This document shows positions 50,693 to 62,200 of a stretch of DNA of 64,000 nt, one piece after another; the stretch's first letter is position 1; the number at the start of each line of letters is the position of its first letter. The notes beneath the pieces were generated by a model, which worked only from the letters and a program-made list of their open reading frames with translations, was not told the origin of the DNA and did no database searches. Position numbers and translations under genes: made by a program. Source of the DNA: Bacillota bacterium (GTDB lineage Bacteria; Bacillota; JAAYKD01); contig OY762825.2 in assembly GCA_963666425.2 (NCBI GenBank), forward strand, positions 352,001 to 416,000, written 5' to 3'.

Positions 50693-52003
50693 CTATAAAA
50701 TAAAGATCTCTTCAATCGCTTTGCCTGTCGTATTGGGTAAAGCAATCCCTAAAATTCTCGCCATTGTCGGAGCGATGTCTTTCATTTCAGCCGCCGCGAA
50801 ACGATAATTTTTCTTGAGAATATCTCCTGAAATCAGCAAATTACAGCGATAGTTTGGCTTATCCGGGGAGTAACCATGCGTGGCATAGGGGATATTTTGC
50901 GCTGACAGATCCAGAATAACCGGCAAGTCAAGGCTGTCGTCAAAACTATAACCAAGCTTTGCTTCCAGCATCGCAGGGACGGATGGATCCACATGCAGCT
51001 GATCCAATTCCTTACGAGTGATTATTTTTTCGATCCCATAGCAGCCTGCTGCGTAAGCATTCTGCAAAACCGTGAGAGCCATTCTTTCGGCTTCTGCATC
51101 ACCCGAACGAAGATGCAGATAAGCAGAGCCGCCTGCGCTTTGACAATAGGCTCTCCAGCTTCTTTTGCCATTCTCTTCGCTGATTAATCCTGCTGCTGCC
51201 AACAGCTGATTCAGATGAACTTGGTAGCTGACGTTGAATTGACCATGATCCCCTAAGACAAGAAAGACAGTTTCTTCGCGGATCCCGGCTTCCTCCACCG
51301 CTTGCATGATTTTACCCAATCTTGCGTCCATCCGCGCCAGCACCGGCTCGATTTCCGGACCGTTTGTGCCTCGTTTATGCTTTGTATCATCCAGGTCAAC
51401 CAGATGCAGAAGTAAAAGATTGGGTTTCTTGCTGCGAATCGTATCAACTGCGCAAAGGGTTGAAAAATCATCCAGCTGCGGCTGGGCAATTCCTTTTCGA
51501 TAACGCCCATATTTCCATTCCATTTCAAGACAGTAGAGGGGACTGCCGTTTCTCAGGATCTTCAGGGTTTGATTCTCCTGCTTGATCGCCACAATCTCCG
51601 GTAAATTGTAGCGGATGCGCGCCTTACCGCTGACCGGCCAGAGGATGGCTGCCGCTGTCAGGCCAACTGCATCTGCCGCGTCATATATGGTTGCTGTTTT
51701 AATTTCACGCCGATACCAATACCAACTCTGGTCCTTTTCACTCACAAACGGTTCAAAATGATTATTATGAATGATACCATGCCGATCCGGATCAACCCCG
51801 GTCACCATGGTGGTGTGTACAACATAGGTCAGCGTAGGATAAACGCTTCTCAATTGTGTCGTATAGGCACCGTTTCCGATTAATTGTTTCAGGTTCGGAT
51901 AACGGCTGGCCTGCTGCCAATGATCTTCTGAAAATGCATCATAAGAGATAACAATCAGGTGTTTCGCTGTCTGCGGTCTCATCTGTTCCTCTGCCGAAAA
52001 CAC
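50693..52003 (-). CDS. Nucleotide pyrophosphatase/phosphodiesterase (alkaline phosphatase superfamily)
   Basis: ISYDA, SVYPTLT...H..MVTG, HGI..N, D...H, GDHG, THGY, DIAPT. Confidence 0.88.
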   Translation of the reverse strand: MFSAEEQMRPQTAKHLIVISYDAFSEDHWQQASRYPNLKQLIGNGAYTTQLRSVYPTLTYVVHTTMVTGVDPDRHGIIHNNHFEPFVSEKDQSWYWYRREIKTATIYDAADAVGLTAAAILWPVSGKARIRYNLPEIVAIKQENQTLKILRNGSPLYCLEMEWKYGRYRKGIAQPQLDDFSTLCAVDTIRSKKPNLLLLHLVDLDDTKHKRGTNGPEIEPVLARMDARLGKIMQAVEEAGIREETVFLVLGDHGQFNVSYQVHLNQLLAAAGLISEENGKRSWRAYCQSAGGSAYLHLRSGDAEAERMALTVLQNAYAAGCYGIEKIITRKELDQLHVDPSVPAMLEAKLGYSFDDSLDLPVILDLSAQNIPYATHGYSPDKPNYRCNLLISGDILKKNYRFAAAEMKDIAPTMARILGIALPNTTGKAIEEIFIL

Positions 52004-52004
52004 G

Positions 52005-53261
52005 CTAGACCACTTCCACTTCTGCGCTTTTCACAGCATCTTTGGGTAACGTGATGAAGACGAAAAAGCCTGCAATGAACAGCGGAATAATTGCCAGAAT
52101 ACTCAATTTGGCATTACCGGTCAGGGTGGTTGTCAATGCCATTATCGCTGGTCCTACAATCGCTGCAAATTTACCAAAAATATTGTAGAAACCAAAGAAT
52201 TCATTGGATTGTTCCTTAGGGATAATCTTGGCATAATACGACCGGCTCAAAGCTTGAATGCCGCCTTGCGCAGAGCCGATCAAAGCGCCTAAAATGAAAA
52301 TATGCCAGACTGAACTGATAAAGAAAGCGGCGATACAGGAAATGATGTAGGTAAAAATGCCAACGATAATCATGCTCCTGGCAGAATACTTCTGCGCCAG
52401 ATTACCATACAGAATCGCGCAGGGAAAAGCAATGATCTGAATCACCAATAAAATTCCCAGTAGGGTGAAGGTATCCAAGGCGTTTGTGCCCAAGACCGTG
52501 GTGGCGTAAGGCACCACCATCTTAATAATCGTATCCACACCGTCAATATAGAGGAAATAGGCAATCAAAAAAACAAAAACGGTCTTGTGCTGTTTGATGT
52601 TGCGGAAAGTTTTTGCCAGCCGCTTAAAGCTGTTGCCAATTGGGTTGGGTTCCGATTCAATGTAATGCTTCTGCCGTACATCTCTGATCATTGGCACGGT
52701 TAAAAGCCCCCACCAGAGCGCGGTGACGATAAAGCCAATCTGATAACCGATTGCTTTGTCCATACCCAAAAGAAAAACTAAAACCAGACTAAGTCCAAAA
52801 GGAATCACGCTGGAGATATAGCCGAAGGCAAAACCGCTGGTAGAGACCTTATCCATTCTGTCATCCGGCGTGATATCGACTAAGAAGGAATCATAGAAAA
52901 TATTCGAACCGGCAAAACCGATGGCAGACAGAATAAAGAAGAGGATCAACAATTGCCATTGCCCGCTGGCCGGAGAAACAAAAGCCAACGCTGCCGTCGA
53001 AAGGATGCCGAGAAAGGCAAAGAAAATGAAAAAGCGCTTTTTCTTATCCTTATAGTCGGCAATCGTGCCTAAAATCGGGCTGAGGATGGCGATAAAAATA
53101 CTGGCAATGGAATTAAAATAACCCAAATCCATACTGCTCTGCACATTACGGAACATACCGAAAACAATTGGCAGCAAGGCTGTTGTCACTGCCATGGAAT
53201 AAGCCGAATTACCACAGTCATACAAAACCCAGGATCTTTCCTCTTTCGTCAGCTTCATCAT
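52005..53261 (-). CDS. MFS transporter (UMF1/YxiO/Atg22-like)
   Basis: SWVLYDCGNSAY, SPILGTIAD, FYDSFL, YIDGV.T, QGGIQALSRSYY. Confidence 0.88.
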   Translation of the reverse strand: MMKLTKEERSWVLYDCGNSAYSMAVTTALLPIVFGMFRNVQSSMDLGYFNSIASIFIAILSPILGTIADYKDKKKRFFIFFAFLGILSTAALAFVSPASGQWQLLILFFILSAIGFAGSNIFYDSFLVDITPDDRMDKVSTSGFAFGYISSVIPFGLSLVLVFLLGMDKAIGYQIGFIVTALWWGLLTVPMIRDVRQKHYIESEPNPIGNSFKRLAKTFRNIKQHKTVFVFLIAYFLYIDGVDTIIKMVVPYATTVLGTNALDTFTLLGILLVIQIIAFPCAILYGNLAQKYSARSMIIVGIFTYIISCIAAFFISSVWHIFILGALIGSAQGGIQALSRSYYAKIIPKEQSNEFFGFYNIFGKFAAIVGPAIMALTTTLTGNAKLSILAIIPLFIAGFFVFITLPKDAVKSAEVEVV

Positions 53262-53332
53262 GGAACCTCCCTAAAATTAGCTGCTGATGCGTTGCTGTGC
53301 TCAGGCAGCCGAATCACGTCTTCCTGCGGCTT

Positions 53333-55771
53333 TCACTCCACCGCATCATGTAACAGGATTTCAATAAATAACCCAGCCACTTTGGGATCAAATTGCGTCC
53401 CCGCGTTGGCTGCAATTTCCTGAATAGCAGCTTCTTTTGGCATTGCTTTGCGGTAAGCACGGTCTTGGGTCATGGCATCATAAGAATCCACCACCGCCAA
53501 GATGCGTGACAGCAGCGGAATTTCTTCGCCGCGCAGTCCCTGCGGATAACCAAAACCATCCCAGCGTTCGTGATGACAGAGAATATACTCGGCGATTTGA
53601 CTCAATTCCGGCACGGTTTGGGCGATACGATAACCGACTGCCGGATGTTTTTTTATCTCGTCCATCTCTTCCGTCGTGAGACGCCCTGGCTTGGTTAAAA
53701 TATTGCGGTCAATACTGATTTTACCGATGTCATGCAGCGTCGAGGCTAATTCTAAGGAAACCAAATCTTCCTCATTCAAGCCAAGTACCCTGCCCAGTTG
53801 TTTGGATAAATCCGCCAGCCGTTCGGCATGCTCTTCTGTTTCATTGCTTTTTTCAAACATGGTGGTTTTGATTGAGGAGATGATCGCGCTGTGCAGGCTT
53901 TTATGCGCCAGCAGCTTTCTCCTGGACATAAACTCTTCAGCGGTGTTATAAACTTTTTCAAAAGCTTCGTTCTCGCTTGTTTTGGTGGCATAACCAAGAG
54001 ATATACTTGTATAGTAGATTGTTTTATCTGTCCTGGCTGCGTATTCTTCACAAGTTCTTTTGATTTGATCATAAATCATTTTCGCTTGATCATAGTCAAG
54101 TTTCGGCAGCAGAATGCTGAATTCATCGCCACCGGTCCGGGCGATAATATCTTGCGGTCGACAGCAAGTGCGCAAGATATTTGCTATTTCTATTAAAAGC
54201 TGGTCGCCTTCCATATGTCCAAAGGCATCATTGATCAGCTTTAAGCCATCAATATCGGCGATGATGACCGACAGCGGCAGCTGCGCTGCTGTATCAAGGC
54301 GCTTCAATTCCTGATCGAAAAACGTTCTATTATATAACCCGGTTAAAACATCGTGATAGTTGAGGAAAAGAATTTCTTCTTCTTTTTGCTTACGCTCTGT
54401 GATATCGCGGCTGACGCCGATCATACCCATTAAACTGCCGTCAGGAGCAAACAACAGTGTTTTCAGCGTATCCAGGTAAACCTGCCTGCCGTCCGGATAA
54501 GTGACGAATTCCTCATTTTTTCTTTGACCCTTCTGCATCATCATCGCCTGATCCATGGTGCGAAACAGCTCCGCTGTTTTTTGATCAAAGAGATCATAAT
54601 CGGTTAGGCCAATGATGTTACTCTCTTCTTTCCCTGTGAATTTAGCAAAGGCTTGATTGCAGCCTAAATATCTGCCCTCGATGTCCTTGTAAAAAATCAA
54701 ATCCGGGATGGAATCAAAAAGAGAGAGCAAGACGGTCTGTTTTTTTTCATATTCCAGGTATAGGCTTTTATAATTCTCTCTGCTCTCCTTCAGACTCACT
54801 TCTGCCTTCATCATTTCAGTGATATCCTGAATCATACATAAATAATTCTTCTCCTGCAGAGGATCGGCAATCAGGGAAACCACCGTCATGTGAACCCAGA
54901 CGTTCGAACCATCTGGTTTGAGAAATCGTTTATTCATGGTATAGTCATGAATTTGACCGGCAATCAGCTGATGAAATTGGTCGAGATCGCTTTGCAGATC
55001 GTCCGGATGCGTATAACTTTGCCAGCGCAGGGCAGTGATCTCCGCTTCGGTACGTCCCAGAATCATTTCAAAGACGCGATTCACAAATAAAAGCCCGTTC
55101 ACGTTGGCAAAAGCGATCCCGATGGGAGCCTGTTCGAACATGGTGCGAAAACGCAGATCACTTTCTTTTAAATCAATTTCTGTTTGCTTCGTGTTCAAGC
55201 CTCTGATGGTGGACAAGCAAATCAGGACCGTGACAATGGGATAGACCAGCAAAATAGGAAGACTGATCGCTTGCAGGACAGAAAAGATCATTTGCCGTGG
55301 CAAAGTAACCATGCAAGCCAGCATGGCCAGATGAGTAACCCAACCAAAAAGGTAAAATTCCAACCAGGTCAGTTGGTTTTTTTGCAAAATACGCTGCAGC
55401 CGCAATTGCCGCCAGACTAAACCAATGCCAGCCGTGACAGCGGTAACCAAGACACCGGTAAAGGCACCGGCTCCTCCGATCATCATGCGATAAAGACTGA
55501 TGATCAGCACCGCAATCAAGGTTGGGATTGCCCCCATCAGCAAGCCGGTCGTACTGACGAGAATGGATCGCGTATCGAAAATCACTTCCGGGGTCAGATT
55601 CACGGTATTCAGCATTAAAAAGATACCGACAATCCCGATGATGATACCCACTTCCACATCATAGGATTTCTTCTTTTCCTTGGGATGTAAAGAGAGCAAA
55701 TTCAGCAGTATGCTCATGGCGAGTAATAAAGCTGCATTCAGGATGAGATTTTGCATTAATTCCATTGACAT
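53333..55771 (-). CDS. 5TM-LytS/YhcK sensor - PAS - PAS - GGDEF - HD-GYP c-di-GMP enzyme
   Basis: IFDTR TM sensor; THPDD PAS; RPQD and GGDEF; LHDIGK, HHERWDGFGYP. Confidence 0.9.
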   Translation of the reverse strand: MSMELMQNLILNAALLLAMSILLNLLSLHPKEKKKSYDVEVGIIIGIVGIFLMLNTVNLTPEVIFDTRSILVSTTGLLMGAIPTLIAVLIISLYRMMIGGAGAFTGVLVTAVTAGIGLVWRQLRLQRILQKNQLTWLEFYLFGWVTHLAMLACMVTLPRQMIFSVLQAISLPILLVYPIVTVLICLSTIRGLNTKQTEIDLKESDLRFRTMFEQAPIGIAFANVNGLLFVNRVFEMILGRTEAEITALRWQSYTHPDDLQSDLDQFHQLIAGQIHDYTMNKRFLKPDGSNVWVHMTVVSLIADPLQEKNYLCMIQDITEMMKAEVSLKESRENYKSLYLEYEKKQTVLLSLFDSIPDLIFYKDIEGRYLGCNQAFAKFTGKEESNIIGLTDYDLFDQKTAELFRTMDQAMMMQKGQRKNEEFVTYPDGRQVYLDTLKTLLFAPDGSLMGMIGVSRDITERKQKEEEILFLNYHDVLTGLYNRTFFDQELKRLDTAAQLPLSVIIADIDGLKLINDAFGHMEGDQLLIEIANILRTCCRPQDIIARTGGDEFSILLPKLDYDQAKMIYDQIKRTCEEYAARTDKTIYYTSISLGYATKTSENEAFEKVYNTAEEFMSRRKLLAHKSLHSAIISSIKTTMFEKSNETEEHAERLADLSKQLGRVLGLNEEDLVSLELASTLHDIGKISIDRNILTKPGRLTTEEMDEIKKHPAVGYRIAQTVPELSQIAEYILCHHERWDGFGYPQGLRGEEIPLLSRILAVVDSYDAMTQDRAYRKAMPKEAAIQEIAANAGTQFDPKVAGLFIEILLHDAVE

Positions 55772-56064
55772 TTTCTGCCCCCTTAATCAATCCGGCAGCT
55801 GATTTTAAGGCATACCGGGTTTTCATTCTTTCTGCATTGAACTCGAGCCATCGATTTTTCGGCTCTGAATGGCGGCTGTCTCTAGCAATTAATCTGCTTG
55901 TGCATCATTTCGACATGATATCTCTGATTCCTTTTTAAACCGCAATGATATTTCGTAAACAAAGAGAGTCATCCGTTTTAATTCTCTTCCTTCGCTTGAC
56001 TATTCTTGATGATTCCATATAATATAAAGAGAATCAGATCCTATAATGAGAAGAGGTTACCGCC

Positions 56065-56841
56065 GTGGACTCGAGCCAAACTGTGCAAAATCGACTTTCT
56101 TCTGTCATCCTCAAGCTGGGGGTTGCCGCCTCCTGTCTTTTTGGTATTTTCAGTCATCATCTGAGTTGGAGCGGCGGTTTTATGAATTCTATTTTTAAAG
56201 CCTTTACCATTCAAAGCAACCTCTGGATCTCCGTAATTTGCCTGACTTTTTTCGGTTTTGAGCTTCGGGGTCAGGGTCAACGCAAGATTCCCCAGGGACT
56301 CCAGCTGCTGAAATTCATGTTTACTTCTTCAATTCTGCTCACCTGGAGCGTATTTGCGGTCTTGTTGTCTCCAACCATGACGACGGCTTACCTGCTTTCC
56401 CAGTCGAATTTATTCCTGCATAATCTCACGCCGGTTTTAGCGCTGCTGGATTATCTGAATTTCGATTCCGATAGCCAAGTCGGAGCGAAGCAGCTTCCCT
56501 TCAGTCTGGTCATGCCTTTGTTTTATACCATCTTCTTTTGTGTAGCTTATGCCTGCACCGGTAAGCTGCCGGTACAGTACTTTTTCCTTGATTACAAGAA
56601 ATATGGCTGGTTCCGGATCACAAAAAAAGGAATCGGGGTAATCTATTGGATCGGCTTCCTTTCACTTGGCTTGCTGGGCATTAGCGCAGCGATGCTCAAA
56701 CTAAAAACCCTTCATCCCAAAAAGCCACTCATTATTTCCCTACTCAGTGCTGCGCTGATGTTGGGTATCAGCGGTTGCTTGGCTTGGATCAGTGCCATTC
56801 TGCAAAAAAAAGCGAAACAAAAACCAGCTGCCTCCGTGTGA
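56065..56841 (+). CDS. Pr6Pr/FAR-17a-like membrane protein
   Basis: FTIQSN, VFAVLLSP, LH.LTP, YFFLDY; about 7 TM helices. Confidence 0.65.
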   Translation: MDSSQTVQNRLSSVILKLGVAASCLFGIFSHHLSWSGGFMNSIFKAFTIQSNLWISVICLTFFGFELRGQGQRKIPQGLQLLKFMFTSSILLTWSVFAVLLSPTMTTAYLLSQSNLFLHNLTPVLALLDYLNFDSDSQVGAKQLPFSLVMPLFYTIFFCVAYACTGKLPVQYFFLDYKKYGWFRITKKGIGVIYWIGFLSLGLLGISAAMLKLKTLHPKKPLIISLLSAALMLGISGCLAWISAILQKKAKQKPAASV

Positions 56842-56937
56842 GACGGCTGGTTTTTATCAATATACTTAAAATAACAGCGCCCGAAAAGAATGCGCAAATG
56901 TTCAAGACTCTTCCCAACCCGAGAATTCCTAAGCAAT

Positions 56938-57354
56938 TTATACAGTAACGTATTTCTTAACAAAAGCAACCGCGGCCGCAAGTTCGGCGCTGTTGGGATG
57001 GCCTATTCCGAAAAACAGAAAATTCCCCTGACAGACAAATTCATCTGCTGCAACTTCAATGCCATTACGGACCAAAATTTGCCGAATCGTATCCTGTTTT
57101 TGCCGATTACTCATGCAAGATGTGATCAAGAGAACTTTTTTAACCTGTTGTTTGCCGAGACTCTCCGCATAAGCAATCATTTCAGGCGAACTGGCACCGG
57201 CATAAATCCCACCAACCAAAACGAGCAGATCTACCGCTTCCAAGAGCGGTTTTGCTTTGACATCAACGGCTTGCAGCTGCAAAGAATTGGCAATGGCATC
57301 GGCAATTTTCTTTGAATGTCCTGTTCTGGAAAAATAAACGACTGCTGTTTTCAT
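56938..57354 (-). CDS. Flavodoxin-like protein
   Basis: VVYFSRTGHSKKIADAIA, GGIYAG, GHPN..EL; ATG at 57354 after GAGGAGG. Confidence 0.8.
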   Translation of the reverse strand: MKTAVVYFSRTGHSKKIADAIANSLQLQAVDVKAKPLLEAVDLLVLVGGIYAGASSPEMIAYAESLGKQQVKKVLLITSCMSNRQKQDTIRQILVRNGIEVAADEFVCQGNFLFFGIGHPNSAELAAAVAFVKKYVTV

Positions 57355-57373
57355 TTTTATCCTCCTCTCTTTT

Positions 57374-57679
57374 TCATTTTTTAAGCTTCTCATCCTCATC
57401 CCGCGCTCGCACATAAAAACGATACTCCAGCGGGGTAGCTTCTTTGGCAACGGCAGTCATCTCAACCACCTCAACCAGTTTTTTCAGTTTATCTTTGAGC
57501 AGAGGTTGTAAACAGCTGGGCAGATGCTCGCCATGGTAGCGATGCAGCGCAACGCATTCTCTGCATTTTCCGTGCCATTCACACAGGGTGTTGACACAAG
57601 TACATTGCACAACTTCCGGCTGCTCTGCCAAAGCGCGGTTTTGCAGCACCAAATCGTAATATTCTTCTTTTGTCCGCAT
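57374..57679 (-). CDS. Small Cys/His-rich conserved hypothetical protein (putative metal binding)
   Basis: CxC...CEWHGKCxECVxxH...HxPxC; SD GGAGG. Confidence 0.65.
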   Translation of the reverse strand: MRTKEEYYDLVLQNRALAEQPEVVQCTCVNTLCEWHGKCRECVALHRYHGEHLPSCLQPLLKDKLKKLVEVVEMTAVAKEATPLEYRFYVRARDEDEKLKK

Positions 57680-57695
57680 GGTGACCTCCAAAAAT

Positions 57696-58583
57696 CTAAT
57701 CTATACTCGTATCCGGGAGTTCGATCTTCTGCCGTGATGTTACCGTTAGGTCGACCCCCGTCATGGGATGCGCAAAACTCAAACTCACTGCGCAGAGCTG
57801 CTGACTCTGATAACCATACCTTCTGGAAAATTGCTGCGAAGCAGCGGTGCCGTACTGCGAGTCACCTAGAAGGGGGAATCCTGCATAGGCGCAATGCACG
57901 CGCAGTTGGTGGGTGCGTCCGGTTTCCGGCTGCAACCGCAGCAGGCTGCACGCCGCAGTTTTCTGCAGTACCTGGTAAAAGGTCTTGGCATACTGTCCAT
58001 CCTCGCGCACACAGCGCAGCAGACTGGTCTCTGAGAGGCGGGCGATCGGCTGACAGATGACAGCCTGATCCTGTGCAGGATGACCAAAGACTGCTGCGTG
58101 ATAAGTTTTCACGATGCAGCCGCTGTTGAGCTGCTCACTCATTTTAGCATGGATATGCGCATTTTTGGCAATCAGCACCACACCAAAGGTATCGCGGTCG
58201 AGCCGATTGACCAGATGAATCGCACATTTCTGATTGGTCTGTTGATAATAATATAAGATGCGGTTAGCTAACATGCCGGACTCCCGATTGGCAGTCGGGT
58301 GCATGATGATGCCGCTGGGCTTATCCAGGGCAAGCAGGGCTTCATCTTCATAAAGAATGGTCAAATCACCTGCTTCGGCGGCATAGTTGGGCGCCTGCTC
58401 TTCGATCTCAATGCTGATCAAGTCGCCGACGGCAACACGATGATAGAGCCTGACCTGTTCCCCATTGACACGGCAAACATTGCGCAGTTTCAGCCGTTTT
58501 GTCAAAGTTGCCGAAAGTCCCATTTCACTGCGCATGAAAGTAATCAGCTTTCCCTCCCGCACTGCGGTATGTTCAAGCAGCAA
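57696..58583 (-). CDS. RluA family pseudouridine synthase
   Basis: DKPSG..HP, NRLDRDT.G, TGRTHQLRVH, GD..YG. Confidence 0.92.
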   Translation of the reverse strand: MLLEHTAVREGKLITFMRSEMGLSATLTKRLKLRNVCRVNGEQVRLYHRVAVGDLISIEIEEQAPNYAAEAGDLTILYEDEALLALDKPSGIIMHPTANRESGMLANRILYYYQQTNQKCAIHLVNRLDRDTFGVVLIAKNAHIHAKMSEQLNSGCIVKTYHAAVFGHPAQDQAVICQPIARLSETSLLRCVREDGQYAKTFYQVLQKTAACSLLRLQPETGRTHQLRVHCAYAGFPLLGDSQYGTAASQQFSRRYGYQSQQLCAVSLSFAHPMTGVDLTVTSRQKIELPDTSID

Positions 58584-58605
58584 AGGAACACCTCCCCGAT
58601 CTCAA

Positions 58606-59241
58606 TTATTCCAAGCTCAATTTCCTGCCCAACAGATAGGCTCGCTGCAGATCCTGCGGAAAACCGTTCTCACGTTGCTCACTTTTCAGTTTTGCATCAA
58701 ACATAGGCGCATGATATTGACTGTAATCAGCAAACTGATACGTATCGCGCGCAGCGAGAGTCTCCACCTGTCCAAACAGCCGCTTTAAGGTTCGCTCCAG
58801 GCTCATTTGCTGAAAGGGCCGATACACACTGTCATCCGCTACATTCATCGTATAGATGACTGCTGTTTTCTTGCTTCCGGTAAATAAACTGGGAATTTCC
58901 CGATCATATGACGTCAAGGGAAAGACCAGACGTTCAAAGAAAGACCTTATTTCTCCGCTGACATCTCCGAAATAAATCGGTGAACCCAAAATCAGGATCT
59001 CTGCCCGCAGCGCTTTGGCTAAAACCTCAGTCAAGGCGTCCTGCATGGCACACTTGCCATAACTTTTGCCGCCCTTTCGTTTACACTCAAAACAGCTAGT
59101 GCAGCCTTTGTAAGTATAATCATATAAATGAACCATTTCCGTCTGGGCGCCGGCGTCTGCCGCTCCTTTTAAGGCACTCTCCAACATCTGGGCTGTGTTC
59201 CATTTTTTTCTCGGACTGCCATTGATTGCCAATGCCTCCAT
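58606..59241 (-). CDS. Flavodoxin family / iron-sulfur flavoprotein (NADPH-dependent FMN reductase-like)
   Basis: NGSPRKKWNT, CxxCxxC...C, GSPIYFG. Confidence 0.88.
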   Translation of the reverse strand: MEALAINGSPRKKWNTAQMLESALKGAADAGAQTEMVHLYDYTYKGCTSCFECKRKGGKSYGKCAMQDALTEVLAKALRAEILILGSPIYFGDVSGEIRSFFERLVFPLTSYDREIPSLFTGSKKTAVIYTMNVADDSVYRPFQQMSLERTLKRLFGQVETLAARDTYQFADYSQYHAPMFDAKLKSEQRENGFPQDLQRAYLLGRKLSLE

Positions 59242-59296
59242 GCTGATGATTCCCCTTTCCCGCTTGCTTCCTTTTTATTTTCAGCCGGACCTTAGC

Positions 59297-62200
59297 TTAT
59301 ACTCCCGACTGCTGATTCAAAACTTGTTCAAGAAAAATCTTGACAATGTCCGGGTCAAACTGCGTCCCAGCGGCACGCAGGAGTTCCGTTTTTGCTTCTT
59401 CCAGCGTCATCGATTTCTTGTAAGGCCGCTCCGCCGTCATTGCTTCAAAGGCATCAGCGACACTGATGATGCGGGAAATCAACAAAATCTGATTCCCTTT
59501 TAAACCGGTCGGATAACCTTTGCCATCCCAATGTTCGTGGTGCTGCAAAGCATGGATCGCTAAATCGGAATACTCATCGGCCGCCCGCAGGATATGATAA
59601 CCAACTTGAGTGTGGTTTTTGATCAGGTCATATTCTTCCGCGCTCAATTTCCCCGGTTTTTGCAGAATAGCATCCGGGATTGACATCTTGCCGATATCAT
59701 GATACATTCCCGCCATTTCCAGTTCCTTCAGTTGATCTGCAGATAAATACATCGCCTCGCCAATACGGCGGGCATAAGAACTGACCCGTTCGGAATGTAT
59801 CTTTTCCAATTGGTACTTATCGGTCAGAGTTTGCAGAATCGCTTGGATCGCACGGTTGCGCATACTGATACCTTCGGTGAATTTTTGACGGTACATATGA
59901 TTCTCCGCGGTTTTCAGCATTTCATCCAGGCTTTTAAAGTGGCCTTCATTGCTTTCGTAACCGATGGCAATCGATAAAGGAACATTCATAATCAGATTCT
60001 CCGACATACTTTGCCTGATCGCATCCTTACAAGCATCCATTGCCTGCAGGGATGTGTTCGGTAATAAAATGGCGAATTCATCCCCGCCGATGCGCGCAAT
60101 CACATCACAAGGCTGAAACGCCTTGCTCAAAATTCCCGTTACAGCAGTCAGCGCCAGATCGCCTGCTGTATGGCCATAGGCATCATTGATGATTTTCAAA
60201 CCATTGACATCCAACATCATGACACCCAATGGATATTGCTCTGTGCGTACAAAAGTATCGAAAGCCTCAACAAAATATCTGCGGTTAAACAATCCAGTCA
60301 AATAATCATGGTTGCCCAGATATTCAATCTCACGCTGCTTCTGCTTCTTTTCCGTGACATCCCGGAACACCAGGACAGCACCGATGATTTCACCATTGAC
60401 ATGATGAATGGGTGAAGCACAGTCTTCAATGAAATAACGGCTGCCGTCTTTGGCAACTAAAATCGTATGATTCGCTAATTCCACAACATCACCGGACAGG
60501 AAGACTTTGTCGACTGGATTTTCACAGGGCAAATTGTTCAGATCAGAAATAATCTGAAACACCTCCGCAAAAGGTTTGCCTTGCGCTTCCTTTTCTTGCC
60601 AGCCCGTCAACCGCTCTGCCACTTCATTTATTGACGTAACACGCCCCTGCGCATCGGTAGCGATCACACCGTCTCCGATCGAATGCAGGGTAGCACTTAA
60701 GGTTTCCGTTTCCTGCAGCAGTTGTAATTCCAATTGTTTCCGTAGATTGATCACTTCGGTATAGACAATAATGCCGCCGATTTGTTGATTATCTTCATAC
60801 CAAGGCCGACATTCCCAGCGCGTCCAGTCTACACTGCCGTCCTGATGCAGGTAAGGATCGTCCTCCGCTTTCGAAACGATACCTTTCAATGCCATTTGAT
60901 GCACATCCCGCCATTTTTGCGGTAAATCCGGAAATACATCATAATGATTTTTACCAATAATATCTTGACCTATAATTCCATATTCCTCCAGGTATCTCTC
61001 ACTGACAAATAGATAATTCAGCTCTCTGTCGAAAACAGACACCCCGCCATTGCTGTGATTGATGATATAGTCCAGTAAATCATGCGACTGCTGCAAGGCT
61101 TTCTCCGCTTTCTTCCGATCGGTAATATCAGAAACCAAAACCGCAAACTGCCCTGGCTTTGTGGCATAGGTATAAGTTGCATAATAGCGCTTGGTCGTCT
61201 CCAGGTAATTTTCATAATAGATGGCTTCGCCGCTCAGGGCTACTTTACCAAACACCTCAATCCAATAGGGCTCCACCTGCGGCATCACCTCGGTAATGCG
61301 TTTCCCTATTGCATTTTCCCGCGTGACACCCAATAATCTTGTGTAACTATCATTCAGATCTAAAAAAACATAGTCCACGGGTTTCCCGTTGGTATCGGTG
61401 ATAATTTCATGCAAAGCGAGTCCCTGGCTCATGGAGGAATAGAGCAGCCGATATTTTTGTTCTGACTCCTGTAATTGCTGCTGCAATTTGATTCGCTCCG
61501 TGATATCCTGTTGATTGCCGAAATGACCGATGACTTTTCCGGTCTCGTCATACATGACAATGTAATCGCCTTCAATGATCATCACACTGCCGTCGGCACG
61601 TCTTTCCTCTGTTGTAATATGCAGATAGCCTGCATCCAACATCTGCCGCCAGAGAGCAAGCCCTTGCTCCAGTTGACCGGCAAACAGATCACGTGGCGTC
61701 TTTGACATCATTTCTGCTTCACTTAGGCCATACTGCTGTAACAGTGCCGGATTGACTTTTGTATCGCGTTGGTGATCAAAAATATACGCCAGCGCTTTTT
61801 CTTTATCGATGGTATCGTTCCATTCAACCGGCTGATCGAGCATCATAAAAAAGAAACCGGTCAGCGATTGTGTAAAAAATAGGTTGAGCAACCGTTCACT
61901 TTTTTCTTTGATCTCCGTTTCAGCCGTGAGCTTTTGGTTTAATTCTGCTAAGGTTCGACGGGCATTTTCCAATTTACTGGTTCTTTCTTCCACCAAATAT
62001 TCCAAGTGATTCATGATCGATTCTGTTTTTTCAGCCATGGTATTGAAGGCCTGGGTGAGATTGCCAATCTCATCGGCTCGCCTTATCGCCACACGTGGGG
62101 AGAAATTGCCTTCTCCATATTCTTTTGTTGCTTTGACTAAAGCAGCTAACGGTTGAAATGCTTTTTGCAAGTAGAACAAATAGAACAAGATCACCGCGAG

